This document shows positions 8,970-17,378 of a stretch of 55,614 nucleotides of DNA, piece by piece (position 1 is the stretch's first letter; every line of letters starts with the position of its first letter). The DNA is taken from assembly GCA_035711365.1 (NCBI GenBank), contig DASTCF010000086.1:1-55614 (forward strand), in the 5' to 3' direction. Below the pieces are notes generated by a model that did no database searches, had not been told where the DNA came from, and was given only the letters and a program-made list of their open reading frames with translations. The translations under genes and the position numbers were made by a program. This DNA is from Gemmatimonadales bacterium. GTDB taxonomy: Bacteria; Gemmatimonadota; Gemmatimonadetes; Gemmatimonadales; GWC2-71-9.

Positions 8970-10685
8970 ATGCCCCGCCCCAGCGCGACTTCCCCTGAGA
9001 CCGGCGCCCCAGCGCGCTCCTCGCCCCCTCCCGAATCGGTTTCTGCATTCGGGGTGTACCATTCGCTTCCCCGACAGGGGCTCTTCCGCCGCTTCCTGAC
9101 GACCCACCGACACCTGTTCGGCCTGATCTTCGGAGCGCTCTCCGCCGATGTCGAAATCAAGCGGCGCGATGGAACCGGTCGCGGCGCCCTCTTCTTCTTC
9201 GAGCGCCTGCTCAACGCATGCACCCGACCGTTCCTCGACCGCGGGCTCCGGGATCAGCCGTTTCCTGTACAGCTCCGCCGACGCCTCGAGCGGCTCGGCC
9301 CCACTTATATCAAGCTGGGCCAGATCCTGAGCCTCCGGGAGGACATCCTCCCCAAATCGGTGACCGAGGAGCTGAAGCATCTGCTCAGCACCTTACCTGC
9401 CGTCCCGTATCCAGTCTTTTGCGAGCTCATCGCCCGTGACCTGGGGCGCCCGCTGGGGGAGATGTTCGCCGAGATCGACGAGGTGCCGCTCGGGTCCGCT
9501 TCGATCGGGCAGGCCCATCGTGCCACCACCGTCGGCGGCGACAAGGTCATCGTGAAGGCGGTAAAGCCCGGGATCCCGGCGGTCCTCAGGCGGGATGCGA
9601 AACTGCTGGGGCTGGCGGGTTCGCTGCTGGAAATCGCGTTCCCGCGCTACGGCCCCAAGCGAATCATCCGGGAATTCACCGAGTACACGCTTCGTGAGGT
9701 CGACCTCCGCCGCGAGGCGGACAACGCGGAGACTTTCGCGGCCAATTTCCGGGATGAGCCCGGCATCGTCTTCCCGAAGATTTACCGGGAATACAGCGGG
9801 CCGCGTGTGCTGACGATGGAGTTCTTCGACGGGCATCGCCCCGACACGCCTCGCGTGCAGGCCATGCCGCTTGCCGAGCGTGAGCGACTCGTGGACCTCG
9901 GCGCGGAAGCCATCATCCGGATGATCTACCGGGACGGATTCTTCCACGCGGACCTCCACCCCGGCAACCTGCTGGTGCTCCCCGGCCCGAAGGCCGGGTT
10001 CATCGATCTCGGCATGGTGGGCCGCCTGCACGACGAACTGCGACGCACGCTGCTCTACTATTACTACTCGCTCGTGATGGGAGACGCGGAGAATGCGGCG
10101 CGCTATCTGTCTGCCGCCGCGGACCCGGGACGCGGTGGCGATCCGTCCGGCTTCCGGCGCGACGTCGCGGAGATCTCGAGCCGGTGGCGCCGGAGCGCCA
10201 ACTTCGACACGTTCTCGCTCGGCCAGCTGATCATGGAGTCGGTGACCCGCGGAGCCGAGTACCGCATGTTCTTTCCGGTCGAGATGGTGCTGATGGTCAA
10301 GGCGCTGATCACATTCGAGGGGGTTGGCCAGCTCCTGCTGCCGGGATTCGACGTTGCGGAGGTCTCCAAACGCCACGTGCGCCGGGTCTTCATTCAGCAG
10401 TTCAGCCCGGTGCGGCTGGTGCAGGAGGGCCTGCGAGGGGCGCCCGACCTGGTCGACGCGATGGTGAAGATGCCGCTCCTCGTCACCGAGGGCCTCCGGG
10501 TACTCGAAAAGACCACCAAGCGGAGCACCGAGAACCCGTTCGCGGGGCTCCGCGGCACGCTGATCGCGGGCTTCTCCCTTGTGGCCGGCGCCATCATCAT
10601 GGCGTTCGCCGGTACCCATGCATGGCCGCTCTGGGTGCCGTTCTTCGTGATCGCGCTGGTCCTGGCAGTCCGCCGCGGGGCCTGA
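8970..10685 (+). CDS. ABC1/UbiB-family atypical protein kinase with C-terminal membrane anchor
   Basis: Motifs: LGPTYIKLGQILSLREDILP, ASIGQAHRA, VKAVKPGI, FFHADLHPGNL. C-terminal hydrophobic helices. Alternative GTG start at 8943. Confidence 0.85.
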   Translation: MPRPSATSPETGAPARSSPPPESVSAFGVYHSLPRQGLFRRFLTTHRHLFGLIFGALSADVEIKRRDGTGRGALFFFERLLNACTRPFLDRGLRDQPFPVQLRRRLERLGPTYIKLGQILSLREDILPKSVTEELKHLLSTLPAVPYPVFCELIARDLGRPLGEMFAEIDEVPLGSASIGQAHRATTVGGDKVIVKAVKPGIPAVLRRDAKLLGLAGSLLEIAFPRYGPKRIIREFTEYTLREVDLRREADNAETFAANFRDEPGIVFPKIYREYSGPRVLTMEFFDGHRPDTPRVQAMPLAERERLVDLGAEAIIRMIYRDGFFHADLHPGNLLVLPGPKAGFIDLGMVGRLHDELRRTLLYYYYSLVMGDAENAARYLSAAADPGRGGDPSGFRRDVAEISSRWRRSANFDTFSLGQLIMESVTRGAEYRMFFPVEMVLMVKALITFEGVGQLLLPGFDVAEVSKRHVRRVFIQQFSPVRLVQEGLRGAPDLVDAMVKMPLLVTEGLRVLEKTTKRSTENPFAGLRGTLIAGFSLVAGAIIMAFAGTHAWPLWVPFFVIALVLAVRRGA

Positions 10686-10687
10686 AC

Positions 10688-11869
10688 GTGCGCGAACCCG
10701 CGACGCTTTCGCCTGCCGACATCCCGGAGCCCTACGAGCCGTTCGATCCGAGGTTCACTCGCGCCATGCTCGAGGACGTTCTCGAGCCGATCCTGCACCA
10801 TTATTTCCGCCCCGTCATCTTCGGCCTGGAGCACCTGCCTGCGGCCGGCCCAGTGATTCTCGCCGCCAACCACAGCGGCAACGCATTCCCCTACGACGCG
10901 ATCATCTTCGACGCCGAGCTCTGGCGGCTCGACGGTTACGACCCGGCGCGCAAGCTCCGAACGGTCTATGAGAAGGAGCTGTCCTATACCTGGTGGATGC
11001 GGCCGTTCGGGATCGACAACTTCTGGCGGCGCGGCGGCGGCGTCGACATGCTCTTCGACAACTTCGACCGGCTGCTCGCCCGCGGGGACCGGATCCTGTA
11101 TTTCCCCGAGGGCGTGCCGGGCATCGGCAAGGGCTTCAACCGGCGCTACCAGCTGCAGCGCTTCAGCACGAGCTTCGTGGTGCTCGCCGCGAAGCATGGC
11201 ATCCCGGTTTATCCGCTCTACATGGTCAACGCGGAGTGGATCAATCCGTATGGCTACGTCTTCCCGCCGCTCGACCGGGTAATGCAGCGCGCCTTCGCCG
11301 TGCCATTTCTCCCGCTCCCGGCCGGTCTCCTGGCCATCATCTTCCCCTGGATCTGGTACCTGGCGTTTCCGGCGCGGACGATTTTTGTCATCGGAGCGCC
11401 GCTGGACATTGCGACGCGGGTACGGGCGAGCGGGCTCGACGATCTTGCGCAGCCGGATCGGGCTGTCCTTCAGCGGGTGGCGGAGCATATCCGGCAGGAC
11501 ATGCAGCAGGAGCTGGACGACCTGGTGGCGATCCACGGCAAGCACCCGTACGATGGGCCGGGTCTGTGGAAGTCACTCAAGGCCGGCTGGGGGAGGTTGC
11601 GCTGGATTCTGCCAACGGGGTGGCCGGTGGCCTTCCTGCGAAAGGAGCGGGATTTCTATCGGCCGCCGGCGCGCAACGCGCTCCACCGGGTGCTTCGCGA
11701 CTGGGATCTCATCGGCTTCTACCTGCCGCTGGGATGGCCGCTCCTGTCCCTGGCTCGGCGCTTCCGGAAACCGCCCTACGGTGTGCGGGGGATCCCTCGG
11801 AAACAATGGAATGAACGCCAGGGTGCCTTCCTCTGGCGATTGGCGGAGCGCCCCCTACCGCCGCGGTAA
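10688..11869 (+). CDS. PlsC/LPLAT-superfamily acyltransferase
   Basis: H(X4)D-type motif ANHSGNAFPYD and FPEG motif (ILYFPEGVPG). GTG at 10688 lies 2 nt after the upstream stop. The ORF part 10184-10687 overlaps the kinase gene and is judged spurious. Confidence 0.7.
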   Translation: MREPATLSPADIPEPYEPFDPRFTRAMLEDVLEPILHHYFRPVIFGLEHLPAAGPVILAANHSGNAFPYDAIIFDAELWRLDGYDPARKLRTVYEKELSYTWWMRPFGIDNFWRRGGGVDMLFDNFDRLLARGDRILYFPEGVPGIGKGFNRRYQLQRFSTSFVVLAAKHGIPVYPLYMVNAEWINPYGYVFPPLDRVMQRAFAVPFLPLPAGLLAIIFPWIWYLAFPARTIFVIGAPLDIATRVRASGLDDLAQPDRAVLQRVAEHIRQDMQQELDDLVAIHGKHPYDGPGLWKSLKAGWGRLRWILPTGWPVAFLRKERDFYRPPARNALHRVLRDWDLIGFYLPLGWPLLSLARRFRKPPYGVRGIPRKQWNERQGAFLWRLAERPLPPR

Positions 11870-13108
11870 GCTGGGCGGTGGCAGCCGGTACTCGCCGGTG
11901 ACCGCCACCTCCAGCCGGCCCAGCGCGGCCTCGAACTCGCTCGTGACCGGATCGCGCTCGCTGAAATGGTCCAATCCCACGCTCATCCAGACGTCGCGCG
12001 GCGCTGAGAGGAGATCCTCGCGGAGCGTGATCCCGTGTCGCGCCAGCTGCGGCTTCAGCTCATGACGCCGGGCCCACAGATCGCGCCGGGTCGCCTGATA
12101 GGCCTGCTCGACCACCCGGCGACGCGACCGGAAGCTGAAGATGTTGCTGAAGAAGAGGTCGAATTCGTCCCGCGCAGGTTGGAAGAGCAGCACCTCTGAA
12201 TCCGGATACCGCGTGCGATACGCCGCCATCCCGACCTCGAGACGCGAGTGTATCAGGGTGCGGATGGTCTGACTGAGGACCGTCGGGAGCCCCTTCCGGA
12301 GGAGTGCCCCCTCGCGCAGCCGGCCGTCGCTCACCGCGCCGCGGATATCGGCCGGCACCATCGGGTTGACGCAGACGAGCAAGTCCACGCCTGTATCCAG
12401 GGCCACGGAAGCGTGCAACGTCTTCAGCAGGATGCCATCCACACAACTCCGCCCGTCGACCTCCACCGGCGGATAGAACCCGGGCACCGCGGTGCTCGCC
12501 TGCACCGCGACCGAGATGGGGACGTGATCCCATCCCTCGCCGCCGAACAAGATGGGGCGGCCGCTGTCCAGATCGGCTGCGACGACGATAAGCTTGTGGC
12601 GCAGCTTCCGGAAATCATCGGTGCGGTCCTTGATGGTGAAGGTGCGCTCGAGATAGCGCTGGATCGGCCTGTTATCGAAGAGGCCAATGGGAAGCGCCCG
12701 GGTGAGGCGGGTCAGCGACTCGAAGAGCGTCTGTTCTTCAGGGCCGCGGCGGAATTCCAACATCGCGTCGGCGAACAGCCTCGGCAGCATGATGCTGCGG
12801 CGGGCCCATTCGCGGTAATTGGGAGTGAAGAACGTCTGGGGGACGAAGGGATGCTCGCCGGGTTCGTGCTTCACGAGCGCCCGGACCAGCTGCACTGTCG
12901 TGATGTCGTTGGCGAGCGAAGAAGCGATGAATGCGCCCGCACTGACCCCGACGTAGATGTCGGCGTCCTGCAGGTTGAGCCCGTCCAGTGCTTCATCCAG
13001 GGCCCGGAGCGCGCCGATCTCATAGACGGCGCCCTCCGGGCCACCGCCGGCCAACGCGAGGCCGATCCGGCGGCGGGGCTTTGGCTTCTGCCGTGCCCGG
13101 GGAGGCAT
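11855..13108 (-). CDS. patatin-like phospholipase
   Basis: Oxyanion loop GLALAGGGPEGAVYEIGAL and nucleophile elbow GVSAG (GxSxG). GGAGGAG Shine-Dalgarno 5 nt before the ATG at 13108. Confidence 0.85.
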   Translation of the reverse strand: MPPRARQKPKPRRRIGLALAGGGPEGAVYEIGALRALDEALDGLNLQDADIYVGVSAGAFIASSLANDITTVQLVRALVKHEPGEHPFVPQTFFTPNYREWARRSIMLPRLFADAMLEFRRGPEEQTLFESLTRLTRALPIGLFDNRPIQRYLERTFTIKDRTDDFRKLRHKLIVVAADLDSGRPILFGGEGWDHVPISVAVQASTAVPGFYPPVEVDGRSCVDGILLKTLHASVALDTGVDLLVCVNPMVPADIRGAVSDGRLREGALLRKGLPTVLSQTIRTLIHSRLEVGMAAYRTRYPDSEVLLFQPARDEFDLFFSNIFSFRSRRRVVEQAYQATRRDLWARRHELKPQLARHGITLREDLLSAPRDVWMSVGLDHFSERDPVTSEFEAALGRLEVAVTGEYRLPPPSLPRR

Positions 13109-13131
13109 GGCGGCTCCTCCGGCGAGCCGGG

Positions 13132-13539
13132 CTACTTCGCGACGCGGCGGGCGCGGGTCCGCGCCTTGGCCTTCTTCTGCTCCACCGTGCGAGTCAGCTC
13201 TTCGACCCGACGGGTCAGGGCCATGATCTCCTTGCGCGTCGGCACGCCGAGCTTATTGAGCGCCGTCGAGACCCCGCGATCGATGGGGGCGGCGAGCCGC
13301 TCGACCGCCGTCTCCGCATCACCACGGAGAGCGCGCGCCCTGCCCTGAGCCTTCTCGAGCACGTTTGCCAGGCGCGCCTTGTTCATCTTTTCGATGTGCG
13401 AGCCCTTCTTCACGAGCTGCTCGAAGAGCCGACCACCCTCTTCGCCCGCCGTGGCCAGCGCGCCGAGACCGGCGAGCCAGATGTGCTGGGCATTCTCCCT
13501 CACGGTGAGCACCGGAGTCTTCCTGGTAGTGCGTGGCAT
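13132..13539 (-). CDS. phasin-family (PHA granule-associated) protein
   Basis: 135 aa. The N-terminal ENAQHIWLAGLGALATAGEEGGRLFEQLVKKG matches the phasin/PHA-granule-associated protein family as I remember it. Coiled, Lys/Arg-rich C-terminus. Strong SD (GGAGGAAGG) before the ATG at 13539. Confidence 0.7.
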   Translation of the reverse strand: MPRTTRKTPVLTVRENAQHIWLAGLGALATAGEEGGRLFEQLVKKGSHIEKMNKARLANVLEKAQGRARALRGDAETAVERLAAPIDRGVSTALNKLGVPTRKEIMALTRRVEELTRTVEQKKAKARTRARRVAK

Positions 13540-13616
13540 ACCTTCCTCCTGAGTACGGACCGCCGCGCGGCCCGGGGTGAGCTACTGTGCGCTTCGGCCG
13601 GCCTGGCCGCTGGCGC

Positions 13617-14108
13617 CTATCTGCGGCGGCGGTGGGCCGTCCGCTTGCCCTTCACCTGCCGGGCACCTCCCGGTGCCCGCTTCCGACTGACTGTTGTCCG
13701 TTCGAGCTCGGCCAGCGATCGCTCGAGACTGGCAATACCGTCCCGCAAGGCGTCGACCTCCGACCTGGCCTCACGCACCGGCCCGATGTGTTCAATCGAG
13801 TTGCGCACGATCCGGTCTACGCCGTGCTGCAACTGCTCGACCCGGGCCGCCACAGCCGCCTCGCCGCGCCGGATCACCGCGTGCAGCAGGTCGGCGGAGA
13901 GGAAGGCGATCCCGCGCTTCTCTCCCTCGAGGATCACCTGGGCCAACACCTGCCGCGTGACGTCCTCTCCGCCCGCGCTCTCGACCACCCGCACGTCCTG
14001 CCCGCCGCGGACCCAGCCGGCAAGCTCGCCAAGCGAGACATACCGGCTCTCCTCAGTGTCGTAGAGCTTGCGGCTACCGCCGCCGTACCGCTTGACCAGC
14101 CGGGCCAT
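13617..14108 (-). CDS. phaR: polyhydroxyalkanoate synthesis repressor PhaR
   Basis: LVKRYGGGSRKLYDTEESRYVSLGELAGWVRGGQDVRVVESAGGEDVTRQVLAQVILEGE is the conserved PhaR N-terminal DNA-binding region. Start chosen at ATG 14108 (MARLVKRY). The ORF extension to 14144 would run through the candidate operator. Confidence 0.85.
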   Translation of the reverse strand: MARLVKRYGGGSRKLYDTEESRYVSLGELAGWVRGGQDVRVVESAGGEDVTRQVLAQVILEGEKRGIAFLSADLLHAVIRRGEAAVAARVEQLQHGVDRIVRNSIEHIGPVREARSEVDALRDGIASLERSLAELERTTVSRKRAPGGARQVKGKRTAHRRRR

Positions 14109-14138
14109 CCCTGCCTCCTGGGTCGTGGCGGGAAGATA

Positions 14139-14152
14139 CCGCATTGCGGCAA
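14139..14152. promoter_or_regulatory. candidate operator repeat 1 (CCGCATTGCGGCAA)
   Basis: Inverted repeat CCGCA-T-TGCGG located 31-44 nt upstream of the phaR ATG. An identical 14-mer recurs 31 nt further on. Confidence 0.35.
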
Positions 14153-14167
14153 AAAGTCAAGCCTGGA

Positions 14168-14183
14168 TGCCGCATTGCGGCAA
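14168..14183. promoter_or_regulatory. candidate operator repeat 2 (perfect 7-1-7 palindrome TGCCGCATTGCGGCA)
   Basis: Perfect palindrome at 14168-14182. It shares the 14-mer CCGCATTGCGGCAA (14170-14183) with repeat 1. An inverted 9-nt copy TGCCGCAAT lies at 14232-14240. Confidence 0.4.
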
Positions 14184-14305
14184 TCCGGCCCGCTCCGCAC
14201 CGCGCCGCGTGGATCCGGTTCCGCTGGCGGCTGCCGCAATTCCGTGGTAGATAACTACATACGCGACCACCGTTCCCCGCTCCTGCGCTCCGTGGAGACC
14301 GCCCG

Positions 14306-15847
14306 ATGTTCATCCCGACCCTCCTGCTCAAGAAGCTCTACACCCTCGGCAGCCTGACCAATGTCGAGCATGGGGTGAGGTTCGCCATCAAGAATCGGCT
14401 GAGCAACGCCGAAGTCACCGAGCTCCTCAGCGTCGCGATTGACAACACCTCAATCCCGCGCGACGCAGTCGCGATTCACCTGGGCGACAGCCGGATCATC
14501 CAAGGCAGCGCCGTCCATCCGGACGCGCCGATCGAGTTTCCCCTCGGGGCGATCCTGACGCTGGTCGTCCAGTCCCCGCATCTCACCCCGGGAAAGCACA
14601 TGGTCGACATTGCGGTCAAGACCAGGCCATTCGGGAAACTGAGCTTCGACGTGGAGGACTCGATCCAGGCAGAGACCGAACAGCTGGTCCGGATACCCCG
14701 GGATGCGAAGGACGACTACGGGGAGGCTGCGATCCGGGCACGACAGGATTTCATCCGGAGTCAGACCGGCGCGACGCTCGATCACGTGACCCGGTTTTCA
14801 TTCGATGCCCACAGGGTCCAGGGGAACTGCGAGCATTTCACCGGTGTCGCCCAGATTCCGCTGGGCATCGCGGGACCCCTCACCATTCACGGCGAGCACG
14901 CGCAGGGAGATTTCTTCGTGCCCCTGGCCACGTCGGAGGGCACGCTGGTCGCGTCCTACAACCGCGGCATGAAGGTGGTCAACCTGTCGGGTGGCGCCCG
15001 GTGTACGATCGTGGGCGATGCGATGCAGCGGGCGCCTGTGTTCGTATTCGAAGACGCGCGCGCGTGCCGGGAATTCGTTCGGTGGGTCGGGGAGAACACG
15101 GCGAAGATTCGGGAGGAAGCGGAGGCCACCTCGAGTGTCGCGCGGCTCCAGTACATCGACCCCTACCTCGCCAACAAGTTCGTCTTCCTGCGGTTCAACT
15201 ACACGACGGGGGATGCCGCGGGCCAGAACATGGTCGGCCGTGCGACTTTCGCCGCGTGCAGCTGGATCCTGGACAACTATGCCGGCATCAAGCACTTCTA
15301 CCTCGAGTCGAATTTTGCCACCGACAAGAAGGCGTCCCAGATCAACATCATGCGGACCCGGGGCAAGCGCGTCACGGCCGAAGTGACCGTCCCGCGCGAC
15401 GTGCTGATCCAGCAGATGCGCGTGGAGCCCGAGAGCCTCGTCTATCATCACGGCGTGGCGAATGTGGGCGCCTTCCTGAGCGGCGCGAACAACAACGGCG
15501 CCCACTCCGCCAACGGCATCACTGCGATGTTCATCGCGACTGGCCAGGACGTCGCCAATGTGGCGGAGTCGTCGGCAGCCATTCTTTACGCCGAGCTTAC
15601 GCCCGATCGCGACATGTACCTGTCCATCACCATTCCCTCGCTCATCGTCGCAACCCACGGCGGCGGAACCGGCCTTCCCACCCAGAACGAGTGCCTCGAG
15701 ATGCTGGGCTGCCGCGGCAAGGGGAAGGTCAACAAGCTCGCCGAAATCATCGCCGGCGTGGTGCTCGCGGGCGAAATCTCCCTGGCCTCGGCGATCTCGT
15801 CCTCCGACTGGGTCTCCAGCCACGAGCGCTACGGACGCAACCGCTGA
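14306..15847 (+). CDS. class-I-type HMG-CoA reductase catalytic domain with an extra ~150-aa N-terminal soluble domain
   Basis: Motifs: IPLGIAGPLTIHG...VPLATSEGTLVASYNRG, TGDAAGQNMV, ATDKKASQIN..RGKRVTAEV, ANGITAMFIATGQDVANVAES, ATHGGGTGLPTQ. The N-terminal residues 1-150 have no motif I recognise and no TM helices. Confidence 0.8.
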   Translation: MFIPTLLLKKLYTLGSLTNVEHGVRFAIKNRLSNAEVTELLSVAIDNTSIPRDAVAIHLGDSRIIQGSAVHPDAPIEFPLGAILTLVVQSPHLTPGKHMVDIAVKTRPFGKLSFDVEDSIQAETEQLVRIPRDAKDDYGEAAIRARQDFIRSQTGATLDHVTRFSFDAHRVQGNCEHFTGVAQIPLGIAGPLTIHGEHAQGDFFVPLATSEGTLVASYNRGMKVVNLSGGARCTIVGDAMQRAPVFVFEDARACREFVRWVGENTAKIREEAEATSSVARLQYIDPYLANKFVFLRFNYTTGDAAGQNMVGRATFAACSWILDNYAGIKHFYLESNFATDKKASQINIMRTRGKRVTAEVTVPRDVLIQQMRVEPESLVYHHGVANVGAFLSGANNNGAHSANGITAMFIATGQDVANVAESSAAILYAELTPDRDMYLSITIPSLIVATHGGGTGLPTQNECLEMLGCRGKGKVNKLAEIIAGVVLAGEISLASAISSSDWVSSHERYGRNR

Positions 15848-15856
15848 CCGCCGCCG

Positions 15857-16864
15857 ATGCGTGACCTGCTCTCCGACCTCGACCGACTGAGTGCGCGTGG
15901 TCCTGTCGGCCGCGGCGTCGTGACCTCCGTGTGGGGATCTGCCCCGAGACCCGAAGGAGCCTGCCTGCTGGCAACGGCAGAGGGAGGCGTTGCAGGGTCG
16001 GTCTCCGGAGGCTGCGTGGAGGCGGCCGTGGCGGAGGAAATCGCTGCCGCCCTGAGGCGGGGGACACCGCGGCTGGTCCGGTACGGAGTGACCGACGAGC
16101 GCGCCTGGGAGGTGGGACTGGCGTGCGGGGGCACCATTGAGGTGCTCGTCCAGCCTTCCGTTCCCGACGCGGTGATCGCGGCGGCGAGGGGCCCCGGTGG
16201 GGTCGTGGTGGCGTCCCCGCTGGAAGGCGAAGATCTCGGCAGGCCCACTGTCATCCGTGAGGATGCGGACAGCCCGAAGTCCCCGCTCGTTGCCGCCGCA
16301 CTCGAGGCACTCCGCCACCAGCGGTCACGCACGGTGCGGGTCCCGTTCCCCGCCGGCGAGGTTCCGGTCTTTCTCGAGGTGTTCCCCCGCCCGCCGCGAC
16401 TGGTCATCGTCGGGGGTGTGCACCTTGCCGCGGCGCTGGTTCCGCTGGCCCGAACACTGGGGTATCGGACCCTCGTGGTAGACGGGCGGCCCGCATTCCT
16501 CACCCGGGAACGCTTCCCGGACGCCGATGACCTCGTGCACGGATGGCCGGCGGAGGCGTTCGCTCGAATCGGGCTTGATTCCGCGACGTACGTCTGCGTG
16601 CTGACGCACGACCCCAAGTTCGATGACCCGGCGCTGATGCTGGCACTTCGCTCGCCCGCGGCGTACGTCGGTGCGCTGGGCTCCCGGAAGACGCAGGGAG
16701 CACGCCGGCACCGCCTCCGCGAGGCCGGCCTCACGGACGCGGAGCTCGCGCGCCTCCACGGGCCGATCGGCCTCGACCTGGGCGGCCGGGGGCCGGCGGA
16801 AACCGCGCTTGAAATCCTGGCGGAGATGACGGCAGTGCGGTACGGAAAAGAACCCGACAGATGA
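15857..16864 (+). CDS. XdhC/CoxI-family accessory protein
   Basis: N-terminal XdhC_CoxI-type segment (WGSAPRPEGA...GSVSGGCVE) and C-terminal Rossmann-like segment (LVIVGGVHLAAALVPLARTLGYRTLVVD). Starts 9 nt after the HMGR stop. Confidence 0.8.
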   Translation: MRDLLSDLDRLSARGPVGRGVVTSVWGSAPRPEGACLLATAEGGVAGSVSGGCVEAAVAEEIAAALRRGTPRLVRYGVTDERAWEVGLACGGTIEVLVQPSVPDAVIAAARGPGGVVVASPLEGEDLGRPTVIREDADSPKSPLVAAALEALRHQRSRTVRVPFPAGEVPVFLEVFPRPPRLVIVGGVHLAAALVPLARTLGYRTLVVDGRPAFLTRERFPDADDLVHGWPAEAFARIGLDSATYVCVLTHDPKFDDPALMLALRSPAAYVGALGSRKTQGARRHRLREAGLTDAELARLHGPIGLDLGGRGPAETALEILAEMTAVRYGKEPDR

Positions 16865-16925
16865 GAAAGGAGGAAGGAGTCCGGCAGTAAGACGAAAGAA
16901 GGAAGCTCACCTCATCCAGGGCACC

Positions 16926-17378
16926 TCATCGAAGTGCCGCCAGTTTCCGCAGTTCGCGCATCACCGCGCGCTGGGCCACCGCATCCCGCACGGCAATGAA
17001 GATCGTATCGTCGCCGGCAATCGTCCCCACCACTTCCGCCCAGGCCAGGCGATCCAGCGCCGCGCCGACACGGTTCGCTTCACCGGGTGGCGTCCGGAGC
17101 ACGATGAGCGAATCTCCCGCCGGTTCCACGCCGATCAGCCCCTCCGCGATCCGCCGCTGGTCGGGATCGTCACTCGGCCGGCCGACCACCACCGGGCGGC
17201 GATAGGCGCCGTCCACTTTCACGAGGTGCAGCGCGGAGATGTCGCGGCTGACGGAGGACTGGGTCACCTCCCACCCTTCCTGTGCCAGCGCGTCGGCCAG
17301 CTCCTCCTGGGTCCGGATGGAGCGGGTGCTGATCAGCTCCAGAATCTTCAGGTGCCGCTGGCGTCGATCGCCGGTCAC
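16926..17378 (-). CDS. argR: arginine repressor ArgR
   Basis: Winged-helix N-terminus RQRHLKILELISTRSIRTQEELADALAQEGWEVTQSSVSRDISAL and C-terminal oligomerisation/arginine-binding domain (GTIAGDDTIFI). GTG start overlaps the argH stop (GTGA). Confidence 0.9.
   Translation of the reverse strand: MTGDRRQRHLKILELISTRSIRTQEELADALAQEGWEVTQSSVSRDISALHLVKVDGAYRRPVVVGRPSDDPDQRRIAEGLIGVEPAGDSLIVLRTPPGEANRVGAALDRLAWAEVVGTIAGDDTIFIAVRDAVAQRAVMRELRKLAALR

Noticed and set aside
8211-9380. 389-aa minus-strand ORF antisense to the CoxG/MoeA-like and ABC1 kinase genes. The same applies to 9393-10619 (-), 10394-11545 (-), 12248-13348 (+) and 12988-14064 (+).
   Set aside because: These are Arg/Pro/Gly-rich low-complexity translations with no motifs. 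They lie opposite genes with clear family signatures, which is the typical shadow-ORF artefact of a high-GC genome.
14798-16318. 506-aa minus-strand ORF across the HMGR and xdhC-like genes
   Set aside because: It is antisense to two genes with strong catalytic motifs, and its composition is Arg/Gly/Asp-rich without any recognisable domain.
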